This document shows positions 15,424 through 27,888 of a stretch of DNA of 64,000 bases, in pieces. The DNA is from Guillardia theta CCMP2712 (taxonomy: Eukaryota > Protista > Cryptophyta). Position 1 is the first letter of the stretch. Every line of letters begins with the position of its first letter. The stretch lies in assembly GCF_000315625.1 (NCBI RefSeq), contig NW_005434664.1, forward strand, positions 464,167 to 528,166, given 5' to 3'. Made by a program: the position numbers and the translations under genes. Under the pieces are notes generated by a model. The model searched no databases. It saw nothing but the letters and a program-made list of their open reading frames with translations, and was not told the DNA's origin.

Positions 15424-18400
15424 CTAGTTCTCCATCTCCGCCACTCTCGCTGTGTGCATGTACTTCTGCGAGTAGGGGCTCGTGTACTTGTTGCCTGCCC
15501 CTGCCGCCGCAAACTGAAAGACCAACGTGAGACAGTAACCATACACCACCTTCCTCCCTCCATCCCTCCATCCCTCCATCTATCCCTCTCCTGCCCCCCC
15601 TCCCNNNNNNNNNNNNNNNNNNNNNNNNNNNNNNNNNNNNNNNNNNNNNNNNNNNNNNNNNNNNNNNNNNNNNNNNNNNNNNNNNNNNNNNNNNNNNNNN
15701 NNNNACGCCCCGGTTGCCATGCATAGTAGCAGCGAGGCCTTCACGCCTGACTACACGTGAGCCGCGGACCTATGAGTGGGCGACTCGACCGGAGTGTACC
15801 TGTGGTCACTGCGGCATGGCATGACTCAGTGAGTGGTGACAGGCATGCTGAGCTGACTGGTGAGTGACCCCTCATTGTAGGGTTCCCCTCAACTCTCTCA
15901 TCCTCCAACAACTATCTCCTCCTCACCTCGGTTTGCTGCAGGCTGCACCACCTGCGATCCGAAAGCTCCTTGCATGCCTTGAATCTGAAGTTGAACATCA
16001 ACAGGCTCCTCTCCCCTCCCTTCCTCGTCACTCCCTCCTACCCTCTCTCTCCTCCCTCCTCCCTCTTCCCCGCTCCCTTCCTCCGCTCTCCTCCTCTTCC
16101 TGCTCCTCCTCTCACCTGCATCGGTACTCCAGATCCTATCGCTCCCATGCCTGCTGGGCGTCAGCTCGGGTTTCGAGCACGCGAGCTCACCTGTTGAGGT
16201 CCCGTACTTGTTGCTGGTTGGCAAATTGCCCAGCACCTGGTCAAGCTGTGAGCGACGGGGAAAATGCAGAGAAGAAGAGAGGGGAAGCGGAAGCGGAGGG
16301 GGAACGGGAAGGGAGGAAGAGGTCAGGAAGGAAATCAGCATCGATAGACCGAGGGGAGGGCAATGAAGTGAAGATGCAACGGAGGAGAAGAGCAGAGAGA
16401 AAGGTGGAAATGAGGAGAAGAGGAGATGAAGAGGAGGAAGAAAATGAGGCGATGAGGAGGAGAGGTGGAGAGGAGAAGAGGAGGAGGGGAGGAGAGGAGG
16501 ATGAGGAGAAGGAAGAGGAGGACGAGGAGGGAGACCTTGCTGGATTTCTTGGGGAAGGTTCCATGCTTCTTCGAGCTCTTATAGTTCACGTTGCTGGTCT
16601 TGTTTGCCTGCTGAGTCATCAGCCTCACTCGAATCTCCTCCTTCCCTCTCACCACAGCGCGAAGGGAGGCGGAAGAAGTTAAGTCGGGGAGCGCAGGATG
16701 CAGCGAAAGAGATTTGCCGGGTTTGTCCACTGCCTTCTGCTGCTCAACGTAACTCGTTAGATGCCTCTGATCCAAGGCAGTGGAGGGACGAGACGAGAAG
16801 AGACGAGACGAGACGAGACGAGACGAGACGAGAAGAGACGAGAAGAGAAGAGAAGAGAAGAGAAGAGACGAGACGAGACGAGACGAGACGAGACGAAAGA
16901 AGAGGAGAGGAGAAGTTCAAGCTGGGTGTTCACCTGATGGTGGTGTGTGTGCTGCGGAGGTCCTGGCGCGAGAGGAGGTTGAGCAATGCTCTGATTGATG
17001 TAGGTTGAACTCTGCAGGCAGAGTCAGACTGAGAGAGCAGGAGGAGCGGGGAGACAGAGGAGAAGGACAGGGGAGGAGGTGGACGCAAAGAGAGGATTGT
17101 TGGGAGGGGGTGGGCGGGGTTTGTTAGCGGAAGAGGAGGAGGCAGTTGGGGGGGGGGGGGGAGAGGCACTGGCTCACAAAGTCGTGAGTGTGGGAGCCCT
17201 TGATGGTCGGAAGCGCTCGCTTGCTCAGCGTGTCCCCTCGAGCTGCCTCCTCCTCCCCTGCCTGTTGCGCTCGCCGGTGAGTGCGAGGGGCCACCGGCTG
17301 CTGGGAAGCGATCAGAACAAAGGAGAAGACAACAGGATGGAGTGAGAGGAACCAGGAAAAAGGAATAGGGAGGGAGGAAGGAGGGAGGAGGAGGGAAGGA
17401 GGAGGGAGGGAGGGAGAAGGGGGGGAGGGAAGATGGGGGAAGGAGGGGGAGCGAGGGCGGAGTGGCGAGGGACTAGGGACCAAAACGCAGGTATGGACCT
17501 CCTGGTGTACACTCTGGTTTGAGCTTGTTGCTGTGCCTGGAAGAGCCATGGCGTTCTCCTGCGAGAGAATGTCAAGCGAGGAGGATGGGAGGGAAGGGAG
17601 GGAGGGGAGGGGTTGGACGGCGCGGAGGCGAGGAAAGGAAAGTCATGAGCAGGAAGAGGAGAGCAGACTCTTCTTCACCTTCTGAGCCAGAAGTTCGCGC
17701 TTTACTCTCTTGTCCATGTCCCGCAGATCCTTGAAGAAGGCGTGCCGTAAAGCCTAAAGCAGGAGTTTGAGAGGAAGGAGACAAGGGGAGAGGAGGAGCA
17801 GGAGGAGCACAAGTGAACAGTCTCTCATGCGATCACACACGGAGGGCACCTGACGAGCGGAAAGTCGATCCTCCGGGTTGTAGGTGAGAAGCTTGAGGAT
17901 CAGATCGATACAGTCCTGCTCAGCGTGTTAGAACGAGAGAAAGACTCTTCCCTCCCTCCCCTCCCCCTCCCCTCTCCTCCTCTTCTTCGCATCTCACCTG
18001 ACCATCTTCCCACTGAAATTTCGAGAGGCGCGAGAACAACGGATGAGCACCGGGCGAGGCAGGAGAGGAGACGGTCACCTCGAGCGCGTGGGGGATGAGT
18101 TTCATGACGCCGCTGCCTTCCTTGGGAGGGAAGTTGAGCTCCTGCAGAAACAGTGAGGGGAGGAAGAGATGAAGACCAAGAGCAAGCAGACAGATGCTGA
18201 GCAGACAGGGAGGGCAGGGAGGGCAGGGAGTGGACCATGTGAGTGGCGTGCCGCTTGAACTTCTCGAGGATCTCTTGGGGAGGAGTTCCTGCGCTCGCCA
18301 GTGAGATGAGAGGGCAAGCAGCTCCTCCTCTTACCCAGGATGTTGTGGATCTTGTGAATCTGATCCAGCTCGTTGGTGCCTGCTGGAGGTCAGTCCAGCT

Positions 18401-19024
18401 GGAGTCGAGCTGGGAAGGACCTGGGAAGAGCGGGTAGAGGCTGATGATCTCGAAGAAGACGCAGCCGACTCCCCAGAGGTCCATCTTGTAGTTGTAGTAG
18501 CCGTCCGTCAAGAGACACTCCGGGGCCCGGTACCAGCGGGTGGAGATGTACTCCGTGTAGGGCTGGAGACGAAGAGAGGAGGATGAACGGCAGGGGAGAG
18601 AACCAAGAGAGGAGGAGAGAAGAACAGGAGGGAGGGAGGAGAGCAGAGGCGAAGGAGGTCAGCATGGTATACTGATCGTTTCTTCCTCTACCTGCTTCGA
18701 GTAGATTCCTCGACAGGACCCGAAGTCAGCCAGCTTTAGCACCTGTTGTTGGATCAGACCTTGCACGAGGGAGAAAGCAGTGGAGGGGGGAGGATCTGAA
18801 GGAGCGAGAGAAGGAGAGCGATCCAGCGGTGAGAGGGGAAGGAGGTGGGTAATACGTCATCGGAGATGAGAATATTTTCAGGCTTGATGTCTCGATGAAA
18901 AATTCCATTTCCTTCAAGACCTTGTCATAATCTCGTCAAACCTCATCTTCTTCACTCACTGTGCATGTGATCCATCGCCTTGATGAGTTGGTACCTGGTG
19001 AGCTTTGAGTAAGTAGCTAGCAAG

Positions 19025-19074
<50 letters not shown>

Positions 19075-19741
19075 TACATGTAAGATTTGATCCTCGCTTC
19101 AGGGAGGTACTGCCGTCTCCCACGTATCAGCTCGTAGATGTTCATATCCATGAGCTCGAACACCTGGTCGCCATCAGCTCCTCTCCTCCTTCCTCTCTTC
19201 CACATGCCAGTGCCAGTCGACCCGTCGGCTGTTCGTAGAGAACTTCGACCAGTTTGATGATCCCGGGATGTGGCCTGCGCAATGTGGAGGTGAACGCACA
19301 GAGAGCGGCAGGAGGGAAAGAGGCAGACAGAAGTCCTTACGAGAGTCGCCGCAGAGCTTGAATCTCTCGGAGATTGTTCACCTACATCGCCACGTCAGAT
19401 CAGGAGCAGGAGCAACACGTCGCCGACCTGCTCTTCGCTTTCGAACTGACTCTTCATGCACTTGATTGCCGTCATCTGCTCCTCGTTTCAGCATCTCCCC
19501 CCCGCAGCGCCAGCCTCCTTCACCTTGCCGTTCTTGACGCATTGTGCTTTCAGCACCTGCAGGCTACAGTTCACTCGGACCGTCAAGGATCCCAGGAGGG
19601 AGGGAAGCAATGGGTGCTGATGACGTTGAAGGTACCTCGGAGAAGGTGCCTTCTCCCTTTTTCGCTATCAGACGATACTCTACATGCAAGGCGTCAATGA
19701 CTTGAGTTGCCTCACAGCAACACTTGTTGCTCACTGTGCAT
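15424..19741 (-). CDS. MOK: MOK/RAGE (LF4-like) flagellar-length MAP kinase, many exons
   Basis: MHKYRLIAKKGEGTFSEV, NLREIQALRRL, FELMDMNIYELIRGRR, HRDIKPEN, ADFGSCRG, PYTEYISTRWYRAPECLLTDGYY. The last exon KYTSPYSQK lies across the gap, so the 3' end is less certain. Confidence 0.92.
15605..15704. other. Assembly gap (100 N)
   Basis: N run. Confidence 1.
16787..16910. repeat. (GAGAC)n/(GAGAA)n pentanucleotide repeat in a MOK intron
   Basis: Directly visible repeat. Confidence 0.9.
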
Positions 19742-20534
19742 GGTTGAAGCAGACTCAGCGATCTGCTACAAGGAGCTGCTCTCGAAGACCGCAGGTATCA
19801 GTTCTCATCACCCACACCCTACATGCCATTTCGAATGAGCTGCGCCTGACCCAGAGAACGGAGGGACTCACCGAAACGTGTGGTGAGCGATCCATGAGAC
19901 TGTGAGCAAGCCTAGCGAAACTGCATAAGGATAGTCAGATCGACATTCAAGACTGCTCGAAAACACCAGCTCTGGCTGCAGTGAGCCAACATTGAAGCAA
20001 CCAGGACAGAGAGCAAGAAGAAGAGCAGGAAGATGGAAAGAAAGGTTCATGAAGGAGACCAACAACAAGGTAGCAACGATAGGATAGAAAAGAGAGAAGA
20101 AAAGTCTTTGCTAGGGTTGATGCAGCGCGGGTAACGAATGGCAACGAGTCTACGGGGGTCGTGATCGTGATCTCAGGGTAGGAAGGCAAGGTTGCGGGAT
20201 GGGAATGTGAGGAGATAGTCAACACAGATACGATTCAACATCAGGAGGAAGACGCAAGAACATCGCGTCTGCATGGAGAAGCGAAGGAAGGGAAGTTCAA
20301 GGTAGCATGTCCAGCATTGCGAACTGTGATCGTTATTAACCGTTGAAAGAAGAAAAACCAATATAACGGTCAGCCGTTTGTATCTGACTCGTTGGGCCGT
20401 TAAACCGTTGCACGCCGTTTTTAGAGCAGCAATGATGATGGCAGAGCAGAGCAGAGCTTGAGGGGAACAGTGGGGGGAAGACACAGGTGGAGGCCTGGGA
20501 CGTTGATGAAGAGATGTAGCGAAATAAGTACCAT

Positions 20535-21840
20535 ATGTCGGGCAGTCACCCGTTCACTTCAATGATGCAGTTGCAAGCTTGACAGGAGGTTGTCTACATA
20601 GCAAGAGTGAGCAGAAGAATGCAAGTTCTCACCCCTATGAATGTGCCAGTCAGGCGCGATGCATAAAGAGACACCCCTGACAATGTTTTCAGGAACAAGG
20701 ATGTTCGCCCTGGCCCGGCGGGCTGTCAGTTCGAGGGGGTTTTGCATGTTGGAGGAGTCGGTCAAAGAGGATCCTAGCATCGGGTCGCCATGGGTTGATG
20801 GTATCGTGAAAGATCCCTTCGTTGAGGATTGCGGTCCTCTCATCAACAACTGCGATGGGTCGCCGTACCTCCAGGAGGACGGGAAACCGGTCGAGTCGAC
20901 AACTTCATAGATGCGGCAACCAAGAAGATCGGGAGCATCCGTGACAGCAAGAGGGGGGGAGGGACTTTGTGAAACTAACAAACAATCGTGTATAGACTTT
21001 TAATAGATATCTTCGATGATCCTTACATGAAGTTATGCTGCTGGCGGTGCTCTCCTTGCGAGTAGAGCGAACTGCGCATGCTCGTCATGGCAGACCTCAC
21101 ACACAGGTAGACATACTTTGAAAGAGGAGAGCATCTTCTCGAGGAGGACTGGCAAGAAGAGGACGATCTGTACCGGGAGAGACATTGTGCCTGTTGAATC
21201 TTAGAGCTCGAAACATGTCAACTCACCCCAGACCTGAGCCTCGGCGGAGCTGAGAAAGGAAGCCAGTGAGGGCCACGACATAGGTGATCCCTCCGGCAGC
21301 GACATGCTTCGGGTTGAAGTTTGCTGCCACCTGTTGGCAGAGCTCAGAGCCAAAGAAACCTTGATGTCCCCCCACCTTGTGCAGAAGAGCATGATCCGAT
21401 CGAAGAGCAAAACGTTTGAGCTGGTGCTGCACATGGACCAGGGCAACGTCCACAACAAGCTGCAGCATCCTTCGGTCATAAAGAACATGCAGGTCATCGG
21501 GTGACCTGTGCCCCAAGCATACATCCCGAGAGAATGTTCACTACACTCATGGTCAGCAGCCCGGCCGCCATCCCCATCCCCTGCAGCAAAAGGTTACGAG
21601 GTAAAACGTTGGATCGAGCTCGTCAACTTCAGAGGCATGAGTCGTCAGCGTGTCCACCCAGAGCCTCATGCGCGCGCTTGTTAGGGCCTTGAGCCTCTTG
21701 TCGGTCATGACGTAACGACGAAGGAAGGGCTGGACGTGGCTGAACACAAAAGTTAATCCTGAAAGTTGCTGGGGTGAAGCACCGGTCGATGCTCTTGCCC
21801 AGCGAGAGACCAACTCCAGCGGCTCCTGTCAAAGAGTTGA
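20535..21840 (+). CDS. Hypothetical protein, multi-exon
   Basis: Coding-like segments (VKEDPSIGSPWVDG.., ELVLHMDQGNVHNKLQHPSV, YEVKRWIELVNF) separated by short introns. Both boundaries are uncertain. Confidence 0.35.
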
Positions 21841-21879
21841 TGAGGCCTCGGAGATCAGGCGGCAGACGTCTTCGTACCT

Positions 21880-22818
21880 GCCAGTGGGGAGACTACCGAG
21901 GCTAGGCAGGAGACAAGGCCATAGTGAAGGCCCCGGAAGGCCTCAGTCACCTTGACCACTCACGTTAGCAAACAGGCCCCGAGCAAACAGGCCCCGTGAG
22001 ATTGAGGAGACTTTTACCTGCTCGGGATGCAATGCAGCGCCCACAGCTTTGATAGCGTTCGCCGACCTCTTGTCCATACTAGAAGTGTACGCATGATATC
22101 TAGGTAACTCCTTCAGACTCGACGGCGTTAGCGACAAAGATTCACCCGATCCCGAACTTGCAGATCGCCTTCCAAAGCAGCGGCCAGCCCGAGATATTGA
22201 AGGAGTGTGCAAACAGGATCACATGAGCGAAGCTCCGTCCGTAAAACAACAATCCCAATCCGAAGAGAAGCTTGATCGGGTCAACAGCCTGTCCATTCAG
22301 GTCATGTGAAGCCGTATGAGGAGGAAGAGCTTCACCGGACGTATAGCAGCAAAGATTGCTTCCATCTTCGCCACAGAGACATCCAAGTGCCCAGAACTTG
22401 TCGGCATTCCGTCGCTACTGTAGCTCGATTCTCGATCTCCGTACAAATGCTCGTGCGTTTGCCCCATTTTCACCTCCTCTCTCGGCAGCTTCATGCTCCG
22501 CGTATCCTCCTTCTCTTGCCCGCGCTTCAACTCCATCTGAAAGATCCCACCATCGTCATCAAGGCCCATCACAACTCGCGTACTTTTGTGACTCACCTTT
22601 GCCGCCCCTCCCTGACTGTCGTCACTCTTCTCCAACTCCTCCAGGTCTTCAAGGTCAAGCTTCTTCAATGCCGAGCAGTGATGAGCAGAGAGGAACACAA
22701 CCAAAACCAGCAACGATAACGTAGGGATGTATCCAAACCTGCTCCTCCCACCATGCACTCTGACGTGCTTGCCATGTTGTCTCCCATGGGAACCCCGCAT
22801 TTCGTTCGCAACGCCCAT
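21880..22818 (-). CDS. Hypothetical membrane protein with a signal/TM segment
   Basis: Hydrophobic LSLLVLVVFLSA, then a second exon AVDPIKLLFGLGLLFYGRSFAHVILFAHSFNISGW. The 3' end is approximate. Confidence 0.5.
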
Positions 22819-23277
22819 ATCCCCCGTTATCCTAACAGCAGACCAACCATCAGGACAGATTCATCATCACACAAAACATAGTCAGTGTTCCCCCCCTTGT
22901 CTGCTCGTGTTTGACTGCTCCTCTGCAACTCGTTGGTCTCCGTCACTATTATCATCCACACAATCCCTTCGCCATCCTTGAGCTTCTCAACACCCTGATG
23001 TCGCCTGCTCTATCTTACTTGACGTGCCCTCCTATCATGATCATCCCCCCATGTCCCCCTTCTCCCCCTCCCTCCCTCCACCTTCCCTCTCCTTCTTCTC
23101 CTGCCCTGTCCCCTTCCCTCCCGCCCTCTGCATGGCCACTTCCAAAATCCCACCCCCACCCCCCCACCCCCAACATCAAGCAGAGCACCCCACCCTGCTT
23201 TATTACCCCCTTTAGGAGGCAAACAGGGTGGAGCAGAACCGAGACACGACGGAACGAAGGAGCAGCAGGGACTTGCG

Positions 23278-24018
23278 ATGCCTCCGGTGATGCCCTCGAG
23301 CGCGTCGGTGGCCTTCCAGCAAGTCCATGTGCCATGCACGGCGCGAGGAGCGTCATTGTTGGCCCATGGTCAAGCTTCTGACGCTATGAGATCGAACCGA
23401 CGGTCCTTTGCCTTTCCCGTGCTTGTTCCCGTCGTTCAGTCTCTCTGCTTCCCCGTAGCGGATCGCAGGGGCATGCAGGTATCAGATGCCTGCATCCAAA
23501 GCATAGCAAAGGAGTGCAGACCCATGATCGAGGCCGTGAGAAGGAGCGGAGGACACTTGCTCTACCGAGGATACGACGAAGCGACATGCAAGAGGGTGAA
23601 GGAGGAGGCAGATCTTCTCGATCCTGCTACCTATGGAGAAGATGGTGCGAGGTTCTTCCTAGCGATGGAGCAATGGCTCAAGGAGCGCCCTAGCTTCACG
23701 CGTTCGGTTCGCCCCTCGTGCGGCCACATCGGGTCAGCGGACCACAAGGTTGCGGCAAGGTGGGGTATCGCGCACTCGTGCTGGCCTGCAGGAAGTTTCA
23801 GCTACGGGTGGTTGAGGGGCTCGGACATCTTCTATCCTCCTAGCGTTGATGTAGGGGAAGAGAATGCCGGCCATCGAGACTTCTTCGAGCGCAACATGGT
23901 GGTCGATGAAGGTCTTGACTTCGCCCTCCGCCATGGCAAGGAGATCATGTTCGCTAGTGATCATTACTGGATCGTTCCTTCGGACTGCGACGGCAGGATA
24001 CGGGAGCTCCTGACGTGA
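23278..24018 (+). CDS. Hypothetical protein with an ADP-ribosyltransferase-like motif pattern
   Basis: 246-aa ORF (may contain an in-frame intron) with LLYRG, GHIGSADHKVAARWG and GKEIMF. Confidence 0.65.
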   Translation: MPPVMPSSASVAFQQVHVPCTARGASLLAHGQASDAMRSNRRSFAFPVLVPVVQSLCFPVADRRGMQVSDACIQSIAKECRPMIEAVRRSGGHLLYRGYDEATCKRVKEEADLLDPATYGEDGARFFLAMEQWLKERPSFTRSVRPSCGHIGSADHKVAARWGIAHSCWPAGSFSYGWLRGSDIFYPPSVDVGEENAGHRDFFERNMVVDEGLDFALRHGKEIMFASDHYWIVPSDCDGRIRELLT

Positions 24019-24234
24019 ATGCAGGCTACTTGAAGGCACAAGACGGTGCTGGATAGCGCAAGGACTGTGAACCCGGTGCCGCATCCTGACGAGTGACTCG
24101 CCGTTGCAAATTGGAGAGGAGATTGCACAGTCATGGCGTGCCAATCTGATGCAAGCATGCGACGAAGACATCGCCACAACATACCAAAGGAATTTTGTAA
24201 TGAATACTTAGCCCCATCAAATATTTAGCTAGAT

Positions 24235-25530
24235 TTACACTGGATGTTGCATCGCCGTCCAGACTGGCAAGATTTCACCCTGCAGCGGCTGATGAAACGC
24301 AATGGCCACCGACGGCACCGGCTGTTCCACATTCATTTTAGCATCGAAGTGCTGCGGCTTTTCCTCGATGTCGGACTCAGAGGATGCTCTGCTTCCTGGC
24401 GCGAACCGAGTGAAGAGGGTTCCCCTCTTGTAGCGCTTGAGAATTATCGTGACGACCAGGAGCCAGAAGCAGAGGTACGCCAGGGCCTCGATCAAGGTAG
24501 GGTTGTCCGAATACCCCAACAGCACACGAGCAACGGCCCCCCATCCAGTGGTGTGAGTCCATCCAGGGCCCCAGGACTCGGTCAGATCGTACAGGGAGCG
24601 CATTATGACTGGATCGTTCCTATCTGCCGCCCACTCGGCAGCAAGCTCCTCGAACTCGTGCGAACCGTATCTTGAGAGCCCGGCCGCGATGAACAGGATG
24701 AAGACAGTCGTCAGATTGAAGAACATTGACACATCAACCAGAAAGTACTTCCCGATCACCATCACCAGGTAGCCGAACACGATCCCACACACGCTCCCCA
24801 CCGCACCACCGAGGGCAAGACCTCCAGGATCAGCGTTGACGAAAAGAAGCATGAAGACCGTTTCCACTCCCTCGCGAAAAAGCGACGAAAAAGCGATGAA
24901 GAAGATCATCCATGGAGTGACCCCGCGCGACCTGACATCCTCGTCAATAGCCTGATGTCTGATTGAGAGCATGTCCTTGAATTGAGCAATTTTCTGCTTG
25001 ACCCATGAAGTCTGCGCATCAGGTGCTTTGACGTTTTCGCGGTTGAAGAGTTTGTTCTCCCACTTCTTCTCTAGATCCTTGAGCCTCAAGAAACCAAGTC
25101 CAAGAGCTGCTAGAATGAAGGAGGCGAACAGAGCAAGGATTCCTTCAAACACGTACATAAAATGTTCGGGGACGGAGGACTTGATCGCGTAGAACACGCT
25201 GATAAGAATTGCACCAACCACAATGAAGCCAGCGATTCCAGAGCACGCTCCAAACCAAACCCATCGCTTCAGTTCGTGTAATCCCGTCTTATCGAGCATG
25301 TTCAACAGAAGAGATATGATGACACATCCCTCTAATGATTCCCGAAAGGTAATGAACAGCGCTGGAACGTTGAACTTGCTGTCCGACGACGAGCTCGATG
25401 TAGTAGTGGACTCTTCCGCGAAGACAGCGCTCAGTTCACATAAAAAGATAAGGCCAATAAGACCTGAAAAGGACATCAATAAGGGCCCGCCTTCCATGAA
25501 AGATTCAAGTGTGTTACCTTGATACTTCAT
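24235..25530 (-). CDS. FTR1: High-affinity iron permease, FTR1 family
   Basis: Two RExxE motifs (FITFRESLEG, FREGVET), multiple TM helices and LLGY..P..E near the C-terminus. Single-exon ORF. Confidence 0.93.
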   Translation of the reverse strand: MKYQGNTLESFMEGGPLLMSFSGLIGLIFLCELSAVFAEESTTTSSSSSDSKFNVPALFITFRESLEGCVIISLLLNMLDKTGLHELKRWVWFGACSGIAGFIVVGAILISVFYAIKSSVPEHFMYVFEGILALFASFILAALGLGFLRLKDLEKKWENKLFNRENVKAPDAQTSWVKQKIAQFKDMLSIRHQAIDEDVRSRGVTPWMIFFIAFSSLFREGVETVFMLLFVNADPGGLALGGAVGSVCGIVFGYLVMVIGKYFLVDVSMFFNLTTVFILFIAAGLSRYGSHEFEELAAEWAADRNDPVIMRSLYDLTESWGPGWTHTTGWGAVARVLLGYSDNPTLIEALAYLCFWLLVVTIILKRYKRGTLFTRFAPGSRASSESDIEEKPQHFDAKMNVEQPVPSVAIAFHQPLQGEILPVWTAMQHPV

Positions 25531-25829
25531 CCTATCGAGCCGAAGCGGATGGTATACCTCAAGAGTGGATTTCTATCAAAGGGGGAAGAGATCTTCACTC
25601 GGATCCAGAAGTATTCGTCGTACAGAGGAAGAAGAGGAGGAGAGGAGGAGGAGGGGAGCACTAATGGGCACTGTCAGTTTTCCTCTGCTCTCCTTGCCTC
25701 CCTTCTTGTGTTCGCTTCTCCTTCTTTTTTCCTGTTTTTTTATTTGACCAGGAGACATACTCATTTGACCAGTGAGCAAGGTTGTGAAAACTAGTCTTTT
25801 CGCCTTTCTGGGGGGCCTGGGCGACCCAC

Positions 25830-26580
25830 ACTAGCCTAGTAGGACCCGGCGGAGGCCGCGCCCGGCGGCGGCCGGGGCCGGGCCGCCCGGCGGACACTGT
25901 GACTGAGCCTGGCTCGGACTCCCCTCGGATCGGATCGAACCATTGGACCGCCGCCCCTGACGGACCGCGCGGCGGCCGCGGCGAGTCTGGCGCCGCGGCG
26001 AGTCACGCCGGCAGGGCCTCACTGTCACTGTCACACCGTTCACGTGACTCAACTTAGCAGGCGGGCCGCGGCCCGGGGCGCGTCGACCCGCGACCGCCGG
26101 TACCCGGCACTGCAGTGGCGCCACAGTGGGTCACCGGGTGACGGCAGTGTCACCCGTGTCACCCCGGTGGCTCCGCGGCTCACAGGCTCCGAGCCTGGCA
26201 GCCCGGCCTGTGAGTCGGTGGCATCATCGGCGGCGGCGTGTCTGAGTCGGACCGGCGGCCCCGGGCCCTGCGGCCCCCTTGACTTGAAGTACGGGCCGGT
26301 GTCAGTGACGGTGAGTCGCACAGTAGAACTCGGAACGGCGGCGGAGCGGCGGAGCGGCGGCTGGCGGCGGCCCGGGCCGGGCCGGCCGGGTCACTGGACG
26401 GTGGCAGTGCCATCATGGCATGATCATCGGATGGTGGGCATTTGGCGAAACCGTTCAGCCAACCCGCGAGGCAGAGAGGACTATCACAGAGTAGCCTGAG
26501 AGTCGAGGAGTGACCCTGACGACTGTCCGATGAGATCGAACTTCGGAACTGGCATGGGGCGGCCCACTGATGGCATGCTA
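25830..26580. repeat. CpG/GC-rich shuffled-motif island
   Basis: Dense CCGG, GGCC, GTGAC/GTCAC, CTGAG and GGCATG words. No credible ORF. Confidence 0.7.
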
Positions 26581-26640
26581 GTACTTGGCAAGTTGGTTGT
26601 TCAATGTGAGCGAGTACTGATCTGACTGCATCCGAGAGAA

Positions 26641-27671
26641 TCAAATTCCAAACCCGCCTGTCACCTCCAACGTGTGCCCTGTGATGTAGCTCGCCCAAGG
26701 AGAGACGAGCATCATCACGCCTCCAGCAGCCTCCTCGTCCGTTCCGATCCTTGCAAGAGGGACGGCCTGCCGCAGCTTCTCGGGGTCCTGGCACAGACAA
26801 GTCAACAACAACAAGATGATGCCGACGATGCTCTTCACCATCAGGAGCTTCAAGACGTGAGGAGGAATCCCTTGCGTGACCGTCTGATTCAGCCCCTCGA
26901 CCACCTCTCCCTGCTCCGTAGACCTTGTGAGCCGAGTACTGATCCACCCGTAGGCGACGGCGTTGCATCGGACGCCGAAAGGACCCCATTCCTTGGCTAC
27001 GGTCTTTGTCAATCCAATCACCCCCATCTTTGCTGCTGCATAGTTGGCTTGTCCTACGTTTCCATGCAAGCCTGACGTGCTCGAGATGTTGACGATGCTC
27101 CTGTCCTTGGGCGCCTCTCCCGCTTGCAGCTCCTTCTTCCCCAGGTCCCGCATGTATGGAGCCGCAGCTCGTATCATACGGAAAGGGGAACTGACGTGGA
27201 CGTTGATGATTACATCCCACTGCTCGTCTGTCATGTTCTGAATCATCCCATCCCAGGTGAAGCCTGCAAACTGATCAGCAATGCCATGGCATCCACTATT
27301 CCTGGACGCGCGCACCAGCATTGTTCACAAGAATGTCAACAGAGCCGAACTCCGAATTGGCTTTGCTGAGAATCTTCATGGGAAACTCAGGCTCCATCAC
27401 GTTGCCTGCGACTGAGATGGCTGTTCCACCTTGGTTCCTGATGCTACTCGCAACGTCCTCCGCTACCTCGGGGCGTATGTCGTTGACGACAACTCTGGCT
27501 GAGACAAGACGGCAGCGTCATGCACGTGTCTGCCCTGCGTCTCCTCACCTCACCTCTCTGTGCTGCTAGTAGACGCGCTGTCGCTGCTCCGATCCCTCGC
27601 CCGCTGCCGGTAACCACTGCCACTTTACCGCTCAGCATCGCGCTGAGATCGCCAAAGTACTGGTCAGCCAT
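26641..27671 (-). CDS. Short-chain dehydrogenase/reductase (3-oxoacyl-ACP reductase-like)
   Basis: TGSGRGIG, NNAG (split by an intron), NISS, YAAAK, NAVAYGWI and ITGHTLEVTGG. Confidence 0.93.
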
Positions 27672-27888
27672 CTAGCGCGGATTGGAGCACCTCCATGGTA
27701 ATGCGTAGTAAGCAAGAGACTGGTGGGGAGGGGGAGGGGAGGGAGGGAGAAAAGAAGCAAGTATGTGCATGCGAGGAGTCGAGAGAGCGCATCAGAAGTG
27801 TCAAGCCATGGTGACTGAAGCGCAGGAGACTGAATCGGGAGGCGACGAGCATGGAGGAACGAACTTCGAGAATTGAGCCGCCGGTTTC

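Noticed and set aside
25831-26499. Arg/Gly/Pro-rich ORFs in the GC island
   Set aside because: They are low-complexity, have no domain and are open in several frames because of high GC.
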